From assembly GCA_913055635.1 (NCBI GenBank), contig CAJXLK010000021.1:6686-70685 (forward strand): 64,000 nucleotides of DNA, read 5' to 3'. The notes under the pieces are model-generated. The model made no database searches. It saw nothing but the letters and a program-made list of their open reading frames with translations, and had not been told where the DNA came from. Numbering within the stretch: position 1 is the first letter of the stretch; every line of letters starts with the position of its first letter. This DNA is from an uncultured Bacteroidota bacterium. GTDB lineage: Bacteria > Bacteroidota > Bacteroidia > Bacteroidales > UBA12077. The position numbers and the translations under genes were made by a program. Below, one piece after another: positions 42,581-52,394 of the stretch.

Positions 42581-42655
42581 AAGTAAAGCTTCCATGGTAG
42601 CTTAACACAAAAAGATATGTTTATCATGGAAGTTCCATATGGCCCATTAAAATAA
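42581..42655 (-). repeat. Dispersed hairpin element, copy G
   Basis: In element sense it reads gggccatatggaacttccatg..tctttttgtg..ccatggaagctttactt. The arms cttccatg/catggaag are perfect, and the central triplet differs from all other copies while still pairing. Confidence 0.6.
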
Positions 42656-43117
42656 CCATAAAAAATTTTAAAAATAACAAAGGTTTTAAAATGTGCCATT
42701 GCTGATCAAGCATCACCAACCGCAATCGTTTTAGGCCGGGGAGGCTGGCATACCAATACAATCATTTTCAGTTCAATAAAGCATCACCAGAGGGCTGCTC
42801 GAGGGGGGGCGGGTTGACCCATTCCCCATTTTTCTTTACATTTGGGATGGGAAATTGAAATTGGGGATGAGATGTTGAAAGTTAATATGGGATATTGTAT
42901 GGCCCCATGTATGAAAGCCGCATGCACCGACTTTCCAATTAAAAAGATGGATGAGCCATGCAGGCTGGGGGCAATGAACAATTGAATGATGAACAATTGA
43001 ATGAATGACCTCCTCCAGCATTGGCTGAAGGGAGGGTAAGCTTCATCAAAATCAACCAACATGTAGATATTCACCACATTATATTACTGATCTTAAAATA
43101 AACAAGCCTTTAGACCC

Positions 43118-45193
43118 ATGAAATTCACACCAGGCAAAAGACTTTTATCATCCGGCAGGCCAATGCGCCTTTTTACAATAGCTGTAGTTATCCTAACCAC
43201 TTTTACCATGTGTGCAAGACAAACCAACCATTACAAAATAACGGCTCCTGAGGCCCAACTTCGGGTTGATTTCTTCCTCCAGGAGGGCAAACCCTATTAT
43301 ACCGTTGTCAAGGACCAGCAAATGGTCATTGACACTTCTTCCCTGGGATACCGGTTCAATGATCTACCGGCCATGGACAAAAATTTTGAAGTGCTGGAGG
43401 CCAACACAAGCTCACATGAAGAAAACTGGACCCAGCCGTGGGGGGAAGAAAAGCACATCACCAACCATTACAATGAACTTAAAGTACAACTCAAGAATCC
43501 GGCTGAAGACCTGCGACTGAACCTTTACTTCAGGGTATTCAATGACGGGGTGGGATTCCGCTATGAAATTCCCCGCCACGAAGCCTTTCAAAAGGCGGAA
43601 ATTATCGAGGAAAAGACCGCTTTCAATTTCACCGGCGATCATCCATCGTGGTGGATACCGGGGGATCCTGATTCCTATGAATACCTCTACAACGAAACTC
43701 CGCTGAGTAAGATTGATTCGGCCAACACTCCGGTAACCTTTAAGAGGGGCCAGGAGCTTTACGTCAGCATCCATGAGGCGGCCCTGACCGATTATGCCGG
43801 CATGCGGTTAAGAAAAAGTAGAGCCCCCCGGTATGGTTTTACCAGTGACCTGGTGCCCTGGCCCGATGGGATCAAGGTAAAGGCCGAGTTGCCTATGCGC
43901 TCGCCATGGCGAACCATCCAGATCGCTGAAACGCCAGGCGGGCTGATTGAATCCAATATGATCCTGAACCTGAACGAACCCAACAAGTTGGATGATATCT
44001 CGTATGTGAAGCCCATGAAATATGTGGGCATCTGGTGGGGTATGCACATTGGCCTGAACACCTGGAAAGCGGGACCCCGGCACGGGGCCACCACCGAAAA
44101 CACCAAAAAGTACATCGATTTTGCTTCCACCCATAATATCCAGGGGCTGCTGGTAGAGGGCTGGAATAAAGGCTGGGAGTCCTGGCTCTCGGGCAACAAT
44201 GAACAAAACTATACCGAGCCCTACAACGATTATGACCTGGAAGAAATAATGCGGTATGCCGAAGAAAAAGGGGTTAAAATGATCGGCCACCATGAGACCG
44301 GCGGCAACATACCCATGTACGAAGAACAGATGGAAGCAGCATTTCAGTACCTCGAGGATCACAACATCCATGCCGTTAAAACAGGTTATGCCGGGGAAAT
44401 GAAGCCCGAAGGAATGCACCATCACGGCCAGTTCATGGTCAACCACTACCGCCAAGTGGTGGAACTGGCCCACCGGCACCAGGTGATGATTGATGCCCAT
44501 GAGCCCATCAAGCCCACAGGTATACGCCGGACCTATCCCAATATGATGACCCGCGAAGGCATCCGGGGAATGGAATACAATGCCTGGAGCAAAGGGAATC
44601 CTCCAAGCCATCACACCATTTTACCCTTCACCCGCCTGCTGGCAGGTCCGGCCGATTATACCCCGGGCATCTTTGACGTGCTGCTTGAACAACAACACAA
44701 CAAACGCAAAAAACTGGTTTCCAAAAAAGAATTAAAAAACCGCGTCCATACCACCGTGGCCAAACAACTGGCCCTTTTCGTGGTGTTTTACAGCCCGCTG
44801 CAAATGGCCTCCGACCTGGTAGAAAATTATGAAGACCACCCGGCTTTTCGTTTCATCGAACAAGTGCCGGTTGATTGGGAAACAACCCGCGTGCTTAACG
44901 GAGAAATCGGAAAGTATGTGACCATTGCCAGGAAAGACCGCCACAGCGAAGAATGGTACGTCGGCAGTGTCACCAATAAGAAAGAAAGGTCATTGACCCT
45001 TCCCTGCAACTTTCTGGAAGCTGGTGAGCATTATAAGGCTGAAATATACCGCGATGGAAAAAACGCCCACTGGAAATCCAAACCCACCAGTTATGCCATT
45101 GACACGGTAGACGACCTGCGTAAAGGCAGCGAGATAGAGGTTCAACTCGCGCCAGGGGGCGGGACAGCCATCCGGATATACCCGAGTGACTAA
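43118..45193 (+). CDS. Glycoside hydrolase family 97 (SusB-like alpha-glucosidase family)
   Basis: 691 aa. An alternative start at 43163 (MRLFTIAVVILTTFTMCARQ) gives a lipoprotein-like signal. GH97-like blocks FRVFNDGVGFRYEIP, GLLVEGWNKGWE, IGHHETGG, VKTGYAG, MTREGIRGMEYNAW. Confidence 0.88.
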   Translation: MKFTPGKRLLSSGRPMRLFTIAVVILTTFTMCARQTNHYKITAPEAQLRVDFFLQEGKPYYTVVKDQQMVIDTSSLGYRFNDLPAMDKNFEVLEANTSSHEENWTQPWGEEKHITNHYNELKVQLKNPAEDLRLNLYFRVFNDGVGFRYEIPRHEAFQKAEIIEEKTAFNFTGDHPSWWIPGDPDSYEYLYNETPLSKIDSANTPVTFKRGQELYVSIHEAALTDYAGMRLRKSRAPRYGFTSDLVPWPDGIKVKAELPMRSPWRTIQIAETPGGLIESNMILNLNEPNKLDDISYVKPMKYVGIWWGMHIGLNTWKAGPRHGATTENTKKYIDFASTHNIQGLLVEGWNKGWESWLSGNNEQNYTEPYNDYDLEEIMRYAEEKGVKMIGHHETGGNIPMYEEQMEAAFQYLEDHNIHAVKTGYAGEMKPEGMHHHGQFMVNHYRQVVELAHRHQVMIDAHEPIKPTGIRRTYPNMMTREGIRGMEYNAWSKGNPPSHHTILPFTRLLAGPADYTPGIFDVLLEQQHNKRKKLVSKKELKNRVHTTVAKQLALFVVFYSPLQMASDLVENYEDHPAFRFIEQVPVDWETTRVLNGEIGKYVTIARKDRHSEEWYVGSVTNKKERSLTLPCNFLEAGEHYKAEIYRDGKNAHWKSKPTSYAIDTVDDLRKGSEIEVQLAPGGGTAIRIYPSD

Positions 45194-45268
45194 CCCGGCA
45201 ATCCATCATTGACCAAAGATTGGCCTGTGGTCTGAATGAGCCTAGGTGTTAGAGAATTGATACCAGGC

Positions 45269-45571
45269 TTAATACATCTGATTGATCGCCTTGCCCCAGG
45301 CATTGCGCTTTTTTATCTTGAATTTCAGTTGCGAACCCGCTTTGGTAACAATGCTTAGCCCATTGGAAGCAAACATGCCGGTATTGAAATAAATCACCTC
45401 TTCAATATCACCGGGCATGATCTCCATGTTATAATCGCTGTCCCGAGGACTCTTAAAATAAACGCGCTGGTTGGTCAGTATCAGTTTGCCGTTTATATTG
45501 CCTTTTCCGTTAATATGCTGAGAATCGCCAGCTTTAACAACAACTTCATTGGGTTTCAAATCAACTTTCAT
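45269..45571 (-). CDS. Small GRAM/bacterial PH-like domain protein
   Basis: Start placed at MKVDLKPNEVVV (45571). GKLILTNQRVYFKS fits the GRAM/PH pattern. Confidence 0.5.
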   Translation of the reverse strand: MKVDLKPNEVVVKAGDSQHINGKGNINGKLILTNQRVYFKSPRDSDYNMEIMPGDIEEVIYFNTGMFASNGLSIVTKAGSQLKFKIKKRNAWGKAINQMY

Positions 45572-46071
45572 GACGTTTATTTTTTTGTGGTTTATGCTTA
45601 CTATATCATATTTCATGCCAGAAAATATCAGGTTGTTCACTATCAATATTTTAATTGAAAAAAACCAACCGGTTTCAATCCATGGAATGAACGCAATTGA
45701 AACAACCGATGTTCGCTTATGAACACATCGCAACTATTGAAAAGACGATTCCGGTAAAAAAGTGATGCACATCGGCATCAAAATCTTAGTTGAAGCCGGT
45801 TTGAGCAAACTTTTTCGGGGAAGGGCTTCCCCTAAGAACGGTTCCACCGGGAAAATTCCCCCAAAAATTCTGAGAGAAAATTTTCCATAAAAAAAGTTTT
45901 CCTGGAAGATTTATCGGTAAAGGCTTACGAAAAATTTCACTGGGAGTATTCTTTGCAAATATTCGCAGAGGAAATTCTATATGGAAGTTCTCCTGGAAGA
46001 TTCATCGGGAAGGGATAACCGTAAGTAAGCGGTGAAAGGCGGTGCCTCATAATCAAGCTGGGGCACTCACC

Positions 46072-46350
46072 GTGCAGACCCAAAGGGTGAGTAAATTCGG
46101 CAAACCTCGGAGGAACAGGATTATCTTTAGATCATCACTACCCCATACACGGGTAACCCATGAGATACTCCGGCAAACATGGACGAGCAGGTAATCTCTT
46201 TAAATAATTACTGCCCAATATAGGGGCGACACATGAGGAACTCCAGCAAGAATCGATGAACGTATGCCAGCTGAAATGAATTGTTGTTCAATACACGGGT
46301 AACACGCGAGATACTCCGGCAAACATGGACAGGGCTGGTATTATCGGTCA
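46072..46350. repeat. Four degenerate tandem units with a ~73-bp period, immediately downstream of proS
   Basis: cggcaaac anchors fall at about 46098, 46171 and 46317. atacacgggtaac occurs at 46145 and 46290, with the variant atataggggcgac at 46218. Confidence 0.6.
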
Positions 46351-46354
46351 AATA

Positions 46355-47830
46355 CTAGTAGGCCCGTGCAAAGACCACCCTTTGGCTGGAGGGTTGGCCT
46401 GAATAGATGCATTTACCCGGCTGCTGGTCGCCGTCGACGGGTATACAGCGGATGGTGGCCTTGGTATCTTCCTTGATCTTTTGCTCGGTTTCGGCCGTGC
46501 CATCCCAGTGGGCATAAACAAAACCGCCCCGGTTGTTGAGGATATCCTTGAACTCCTCGTAGTCATCGGTGGTATAGGTGTTATCTTCCCTGTACTTCAG
46601 GGCTTTCTCATAAATATTGGACTGAATGTTCTCGAGCAGCTGACTCACATGTTCAACGGCCTGATCCTGGGATATGAACTCTTTTTCCAGGGTATCGCGC
46701 CGGGCTACTTCCAGGGTGCCATTCTCCATATCGCGGGGGCCGATGGCCAGGCGAACAGGCACGCCTTTCATTTCATATTCGCTGAATTTCCAACCGGGGG
46801 TTTGAGTATCGCGGTCGTCGTACTTCACGCTGATGCCCTTTTCCTGCAATTGTTGCTTAAGCTCGTTGGCCTTGGCCGAGATTTGCTCCAGCTGCCCTTC
46901 TTTCTTATAAATGGGTACGATCACCACCTGGGTGGGGGCCAGTTTGGGTGGCAATACCAGGCCATTGTCGTCGGAGTGGGCCATGATCAGGGCCCCCATC
47001 AACCGGGTGGAAACCCCCCAGGATGTGGACCAGACATATTCCAGGTTCCCCGATTGATCGGTGAAGGTCACATCAAAAGCCTTGGCAAAATTTTGTCCCA
47101 AAAAGTGGGAGGTGCCCGACTGAAGGGCCTTGCCATCCTGCATCAGGGCTTCAATGGTATAGGTCTCAATGGCCCCGGCAAAACGTTCGGAATCGGTTTT
47201 GGTGCCTTTCAGAACCGGCATGGCCATCCAGTTTTCGGCAAAATCGGCGTATACATCGATCATGCGGCGGGTCTCTTCCAGGGCTTCCTCTTTGGTGGCA
47301 TGGGCCGTATGGCCTTCCTGCCAGAGGAACTCAGAGGTGCGCAGAAACAGGCGGGTGCGCATCTCCCAGCGTACGATGTTGGCCCATTGGTTCACCAAAA
47401 TGGGCAGATCGCGGTAACTCTGAATCCAACCTTTATAGGTATGCCATATGATCGTCTCAGAAGTGGGCCGGATGATCAATTCTTCATCCAATTTGGCGTT
47501 CTCATCCACCACAATCTCCTTGCCCTCTTCATCATTCTTTAACCGGTAATGCGTGACAACGGCACATTCTTTGGCAAAACCTTCCACATGGGATGCTTCC
47601 CTGGAAAAAAATGACTTGGGGATGAACAACGGAAAGTAAGCATTGGTATGACCGGTGTCTTTAAACATCTTGTCGAGCACCCCCTGCATCTTCTCCCAGA
47701 TTGAATATCCGTGGGGTTTGATGACCATGCATCCGCGAACAGGACTGTTTTCTGCCAAATCGGCTTTGTTGACGATATCGTTATACCATTGAGAATAATT
47801 ATCTTTGCGGTTGGTGATTTCTTTTGACAT
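46355..47830 (-). CDS. proS: Proline--tRNA ligase (archaeal/eukaryote-like type)
   Basis: 491 aa. YSQWYNDIV...[46 protein letters not shown], and a C-terminal Zn-binding-type tail ending in FARAY. Confidence 0.95.
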   Translation of the reverse strand: MSKEITNRKDNYSQWYNDIVNKADLAENSPVRGCMVIKPHGYSIWEKMQGVLDKMFKDTGHTNAYFPLFIPKSFFSREASHVEGFAKECAVVTHYRLKNDEEGKEIVVDENAKLDEELIIRPTSETIIWHTYKGWIQSYRDLPILVNQWANIVRWEMRTRLFLRTSEFLWQEGHTAHATKEEALEETRRMIDVYADFAENWMAMPVLKGTKTDSERFAGAIETYTIEALMQDGKALQSGTSHFLGQNFAKAFDVTFTDQSGNLEYVWSTSWGVSTRLMGALIMAHSDDNGLVLPPKLAPTQVVIVPIYKKEGQLEQISAKANELKQQLQEKGISVKYDDRDTQTPGWKFSEYEMKGVPVRLAIGPRDMENGTLEVARRDTLEKEFISQDQAVEHVSQLLENIQSNIYEKALKYREDNTYTTDDYEEFKDILNNRGGFVYAHWDGTAETEQKIKEDTKATIRCIPVDGDQQPGKCIYSGQPSSQRVVFARAY

Positions 47831-48006
47831 TTTGGAATAATATTTGTATTATTATTTTTACTTATAACCGATGAACAAATGGATCGTAAAACAGGTTACA
47901 AATTAAACAAATTAAATCCTATTTATAAAATAAGCATCCGCACGAATTTGCTAATAATATCCATCATTTGATATGCGTTATTTAACTAGAAAAGGAGGTT
48001 GTTGAT

Positions 48007-49209
48007 ATGAAACTTAAAGTTATATTACCGGTATTTGTAGCTGCGTTTCTGGCTGCCTCGTGCTCTACCACGTTGCAGCAGAGAAGAGTAGCTGATGAAT
48101 TGTACCAAAATCCGGAGCAGGAGGTACAGCAGGAAAATTATATGAGCTATTACGAGGAAGCTGAAGAAGCAGTGGGCAACTCCCAACAACCCAGTGTCGA
48201 TTCGGTGATCGTTCAGGAAAAAACCGGCTCATATCAGAATCCTTACACCAACATTTTGGTAGACGATTACAACACGGCCTATGACCGGCGGATCACCGCA
48301 AGCCAAAGTGCATCTTATGGGATGTCTGACTGGTATGACATGTATTTCTCCGATGCCTACCATTATGCCTCAGCCTATGACCCCTCTTTCTACAATGTTA
48401 TCGTCATGGGCGATCAGGTATGGGTTGAGCCCCGGTGGCTGACCAGCCAGTTCGGGATGGGATGGCAGTACGGACGCTTTTACAACTATCCCTACAGCCC
48501 GTTTAGCTCATTCAGTCCCTATAGCAGCTCGCTGTCGATGACCGCCATCTATGGTTTCAATACTTTAGGCTATAACGGTTTAAACTCTTATCGATACGGC
48601 TATGGCTCATTCGGATACAATCCTTACGGTTACATGCCGTATGGCTATAGTTCCTTCGCCTATAGCAGTTATTACGGAATGAACTCCCTGTGGGGCAATT
48701 ACTATAATTCGAATGATTATCAGGAATATCTTGATCGCGAATACAGCCTGACCGAAGAGGGTCGCCTGGCCAAATACGCCAACCGGCCGGGGCGGGTGCG
48801 CAGAGAAGAAGTTGGGGGTAGCTCCAACAAGGCGGCTGCCTTCATCCGCACCCACAACAACCGCAAAACAGGTGAAGCCTTTAGCCGGGGCGACCGTTCC
48901 CGGGATGTGGATACCTACACCGAAGGTACTTCCCGTTATGTTCGGGAAAGAAGAAGCAGCACCCTGAGTAAGCCACGTTACAACCGGCCCAACCGCGAAG
49001 CCAACTATGAGCGGGTGCGCGATCAGCGCTCCGATAATTTCTCGACCAACAGCTCCGGCCGAAAAAACAGCTCGGTTTACCGCAGAAGCGGGAGAAATAA
49101 CAACAACTCATCGGTTGGCTCCAGCGGCCGCTCGGTTAGAAGCAGCGGCTCATCCAACTCGTCCGGCTCATCAAGATCCGGCAGCTCATCAGGACGCTCG
49201 CGCAAATAA
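48007..49209 (+). CDS. Lipoprotein with a Tyr/Ser/Gly/Asn-rich low-complexity core and an Arg/Ser-rich tail
   Basis: Lipobox (FLAASCSTT), the RRVADELYQNP motif, the core YGFNTLGYNGLNSYRYGYGSFGYNPYGYMPYGYSSFAYSSYYGMNSLWGNYYNSNDY and the tail SSGRSVRSSGSSNSSGSSRSGSSSGRSRK. Confidence 0.6.
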   Translation: MKLKVILPVFVAAFLAASCSTTLQQRRVADELYQNPEQEVQQENYMSYYEEAEEAVGNSQQPSVDSVIVQEKTGSYQNPYTNILVDDYNTAYDRRITASQSASYGMSDWYDMYFSDAYHYASAYDPSFYNVIVMGDQVWVEPRWLTSQFGMGWQYGRFYNYPYSPFSSFSPYSSSLSMTAIYGFNTLGYNGLNSYRYGYGSFGYNPYGYMPYGYSSFAYSSYYGMNSLWGNYYNSNDYQEYLDREYSLTEEGRLAKYANRPGRVRREEVGGSSNKAAAFIRTHNNRKTGEAFSRGDRSRDVDTYTEGTSRYVRERRSSTLSKPRYNRPNREANYERVRDQRSDNFSTNSSGRKNSSVYRRSGRNNNNSSVGSSGRSVRSSGSSNSSGSSRSGSSSGRSRK

Positions 49210-49292
49210 ACCGTAAAAACCATTGACATTATGCCCCATAGGAGTTATGGGGCATTTTTTAATACCTGATTGTTCATTCCTTAAACTTGTAG

Positions 49293-50798
49293 ATGATGAA
49301 AAAACGACTCATAACCGCCCTATTATTGATCATTCCATTTGGATATGCCCTGCCTCAAAATGTGGAAATTGAATCGGCCATCCGCAATTCCCAGAACATC
49401 TATCAAGGGTCGGCCCGTTTTATGGGCATGGGAGGTGCCTTTACCGCCCTTGGCGGGGATATATCCTCCATTAGCCTTAATCCGGCCGGAGTAGGCGTTT
49501 ACACAGGCATGCAGTTCGTCTTTACCCCTTCCTTCCACCAGCAAACCATGGAAAGCACCACCTCTCTGCCTTATAACACCTTCACCGAAGATGCCCTGAA
49601 TTACAAGATCAACATCAACAACGCCGGCCTGATTGGTTCCTACAACCTGAAAGGCAGTGCAAAATGGAAAAACCTCAATGTCGGGTTGGGTTACAATACC
49701 CTGCACCATTTTAACCGGGAAGTTCAGGGAAGAAATTTTAACCGGAACCGATCCAAACTCAATGAATTTGTCGATAATGCCAACAATGACCGATGGCGTA
49801 ATGCCTTCGAAGAACTGGCCTGGCAAACCTACCTGATGCGTTATGACAGCACCTTTGCTGAATACTGGAGTTTTGTCAGCGATGAATTCAATTACAAGGA
49901 TACCACCAGCAACACCGATGTCATCGATGGGGTCAATCAACACCAGAGCGTGGTGAACAGCGGCAACCTCGGGGAATACTTCATTGCAGCCGGTGCCAAT
50001 TACAACAATAAATTGTATGTGGGCCTGAGCATTGGGATTCAGCGGGTCAAATTTTCCTACAAAAGCACCTATACAGAAAGCGAACAAGGTAACCAGGTGC
50101 CGGATTTTCAGTCCATGAATTTTCAGCAGTATGAAGACCATTCCGGTACGGGCTACAATTTTAAGATCGGTGCCATTTACAAGCCCCTTGATTTCCTGCG
50201 CATTGGGGCAGCCTTTCATTCGCCCACTTTCTTTAACAACCTGGAATACGGGTGGTACAATCAAATGACCGCGTCTTTTGATAACGGCGACAACCCAAGC
50301 CTCCAGAGCAATGATCGGAATTTTGCCTTTCAGCTCACCACCCCTTCCAAACTCATCGGCGGAGTGGCAGCTAAAATTGGGGATATCGGCATGATCAGCG
50401 CCGATTATGAGCGACTCGACTATAGCAATGCCCGGCTGGATGAAAAAGAGGGCAATGCCTATCCCGAACATGTTCAGGACAACGACAGCATTCAAAACAT
50501 TCTGGGAGTGGCCCATAACCTGCGACTTGGCGGTGAATTAAAATTCAACACCTTTTATCTCCGCGGCGGCTACGCCTTCTATGGCTCGCCTTTCAGCGAT
50601 GCCTACGAAGATTATCAGTCGGCCCGCGTGATGTACTCCGGCGGCATAGGATACCGGGAAAAAGGATTCTTCGTGGATCTGACCTATGTCACCAGCAGCT
50701 ATACCGCAGAAGAAAACCTCTTTACCACCGTACCCGGTTTCTCGGAAATCGACCTGAAAAACAACCGCATCATCCTCACCGCCGGGTTCAGGTTTTAA
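49293..50798 (+). CDS. Outer-membrane beta-barrel protein, FadL/TodX-like
   Basis: Signal peptide (LITALLLIIPFGYALPQ), GSARFMGMGGAFTALGGDISSISLNPAGVG (FadL-type N-terminal motif), alternating aromatic beta-strand pattern and a C-terminal LTAGFRF. Confidence 0.65.
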   Translation: MMKKRLITALLLIIPFGYALPQNVEIESAIRNSQNIYQGSARFMGMGGAFTALGGDISSISLNPAGVGVYTGMQFVFTPSFHQQTMESTTSLPYNTFTEDALNYKININNAGLIGSYNLKGSAKWKNLNVGLGYNTLHHFNREVQGRNFNRNRSKLNEFVDNANNDRWRNAFEELAWQTYLMRYDSTFAEYWSFVSDEFNYKDTTSNTDVIDGVNQHQSVVNSGNLGEYFIAAGANYNNKLYVGLSIGIQRVKFSYKSTYTESEQGNQVPDFQSMNFQQYEDHSGTGYNFKIGAIYKPLDFLRIGAAFHSPTFFNNLEYGWYNQMTASFDNGDNPSLQSNDRNFAFQLTTPSKLIGGVAAKIGDIGMISADYERLDYSNARLDEKEGNAYPEHVQDNDSIQNILGVAHNLRLGGELKFNTFYLRGGYAFYGSPFSDAYEDYQSARVMYSGGIGYREKGFFVDLTYVTSSYTAEENLFTTVPGFSEIDLKNNRIILTAGFRF

Positions 50799-51026
50799 TA
50801 CCCCCGGCACACATATTATATATAGAGGGCTTTTTCCAGGACTCCTAAAAGCTCAACCCTTTCCTGTAGAGCCCTCTGTTTTTTCTGTTCAATAGCCCTC
50901 TTTATTTTATGGTCATAGAAAAATCCACCCCCTACTGAGCTACCCTTTTATTTAGATAAAGAGTTATTTAACGTTTTGAAGATTAAATTTTACATCGAGC
51001 ATCAATTGAATTCTGCCAGATCGCTC

Positions 51027-51090
51027 CACCAAAACCCACATGTTTTAACCACTCATCCCTTATTATGTAGGCTCCTGCATGTGGATTACC
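51027..51090 (+). repeat. Dispersed hairpin element, copy H
   Basis: ccaccaaaacccacatgttttaaccactcatcccttattatgtaggctcctgcatgtggattacc, with arms ccacatg/catgtgg. Confidence 0.55.
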
Positions 51091-51256
51091 TGATAGGATG
51101 AGGCTTTATCAATGCAATAAGAAAATTCTGGGTGCCAACACAAAAAAACGCCCCGTTGAATCATTTTTTTTGTAAATTTGGAATGAAATTTGATCTTATT
51201 TCGTTGTATATAGTGGTCAGGTTCCTTCAATTATTAACAGAAAGGATGGTGTTCCA

Positions 51257-52126
51257 ATGAAACGGCAATATTTTTTCCTTTGGGCCATGGGTGCCCTATT
51301 GGTAAGCTCCTGCACCGTACAGCACCGAACGGTGAACGATGAACTTTATCAGACCCCGCCAGATTTGACTGGTCAGGAAATTACCGTTCACAGACAAAGT
51401 GATACGGCCGACCAGCCGCGTTCATCAGACACCGACAACCCCCGCATCCAAAGTGCCCCCTACTGGATGTACGAACATTATCCCTACCATCCATATTATT
51501 ATGGAGACTGGCCTTTTGATACTTATTTTCAATTTCACTTTTATGCACCCTTTTACGCCCATTATCCGTTTAACCCTTATTATTCTTTTTATCCTTATTC
51601 CCCCTATTTTTACGGGAGTTGGTATGGCTATTACGGATATTATGCCCATTACCCCTTTCACAGATACTGGTGGTACGACCACTACAACCCTTATTATCCA
51701 TACTACCACCACCGAACCGTTCAGAGAAAAGCAGCCCTGAACCCAGCACCTGCAGGTAAACCTCCCATAGCAACCGGGCGTCAATATGAGCGGGTGCGCA
51801 AAACAGCTCCTGGCGAAAAACGCAAAGATGTATTCATCGATGGCCGCAAAACCCGGCCCAATCTTCCCGCCAGAAACATCCGTCCGGAACGTTACCGCCG
51901 GGCCATCAAGCCCCTGCAATCTCAACCCGGCCGCATTGAACCCTTTACCCGGAAATTTATCCCTCAAAACACACCCGACAAAAGAAGCTATACGGTTCCT
52001 TTTCATCCCAATAACCGAAAATTCACACCAACCCGGCGCCCCGTACGGATCAGAAAATCAACGCCTCCCATCCGCCGGTCCGCTCCCGTGCGGTCCAACT
52101 CTTCAGGAGGAAGGAAAAGAAAATAG
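51257..52126 (+). CDS. Lipoprotein with an extreme Tyr/Pro/His/Phe-rich core and a basic tail; architectural paralog of 48007-49209
   Basis: Lipobox (LLVSSCTVQ), the RTVNDELYQTP motif, the core YYYGDWPFDTYFQFHFYAPFYAHYPFNPYYSFYPYSPYFYGSWYGYYGYYAHYPFHRYWWYDHYNPYYPYYHH and a Lys/Arg/Pro-rich tail ending in SSGGRKRK. Confidence 0.6.
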   Translation: MKRQYFFLWAMGALLVSSCTVQHRTVNDELYQTPPDLTGQEITVHRQSDTADQPRSSDTDNPRIQSAPYWMYEHYPYHPYYYGDWPFDTYFQFHFYAPFYAHYPFNPYYSFYPYSPYFYGSWYGYYGYYAHYPFHRYWWYDHYNPYYPYYHHRTVQRKAALNPAPAGKPPIATGRQYERVRKTAPGEKRKDVFIDGRKTRPNLPARNIRPERYRRAIKPLQSQPGRIEPFTRKFIPQNTPDKRSYTVPFHPNNRKFTPTRRPVRIRKSTPPIRRSAPVRSNSSGGRKRK

Positions 52127-52149
52127 CGACAATAAGCTGGTCCTATACA

Positions 52150-52183
52150 TACCCCGCTTAGCTCACACCGCTTAGCGGGTGGT
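52150..52183. repeat. Degenerate REP-like palindrome copies after the 51257-52126 gene
   Basis: accccgcttagctcacaccgcttagcgggtggt, followed by a C-run and a T-run. Confidence 0.5.
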
Positions 52184-52394
52184 ACCCCCCCCCTTTTTTC
52201 AATTTGATGTAGTTTTTATATTTGTTCGGACTATTCTTGGTCCAGTTATTTTTATTATTGAGAATTTTGTAATAATTTAGTTGATCAATCGGCTTTCATT
52301 TATTGAATCACAAATATTTTCAATATTTTCGCAACCACATTCACACCGTTAAATCAAGGCTTATCCGCGATTCGGGAAGTAAACAGGGATTTAT

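Noticed and set aside
42784-43077. ORFs 42784-43077 and 42836-43021 in the gap before the GH97 gene.
   Set aside because: They have no recognisable motifs, they overlap each other in different frames, and they sit in low-complexity gaatga-type sequence.
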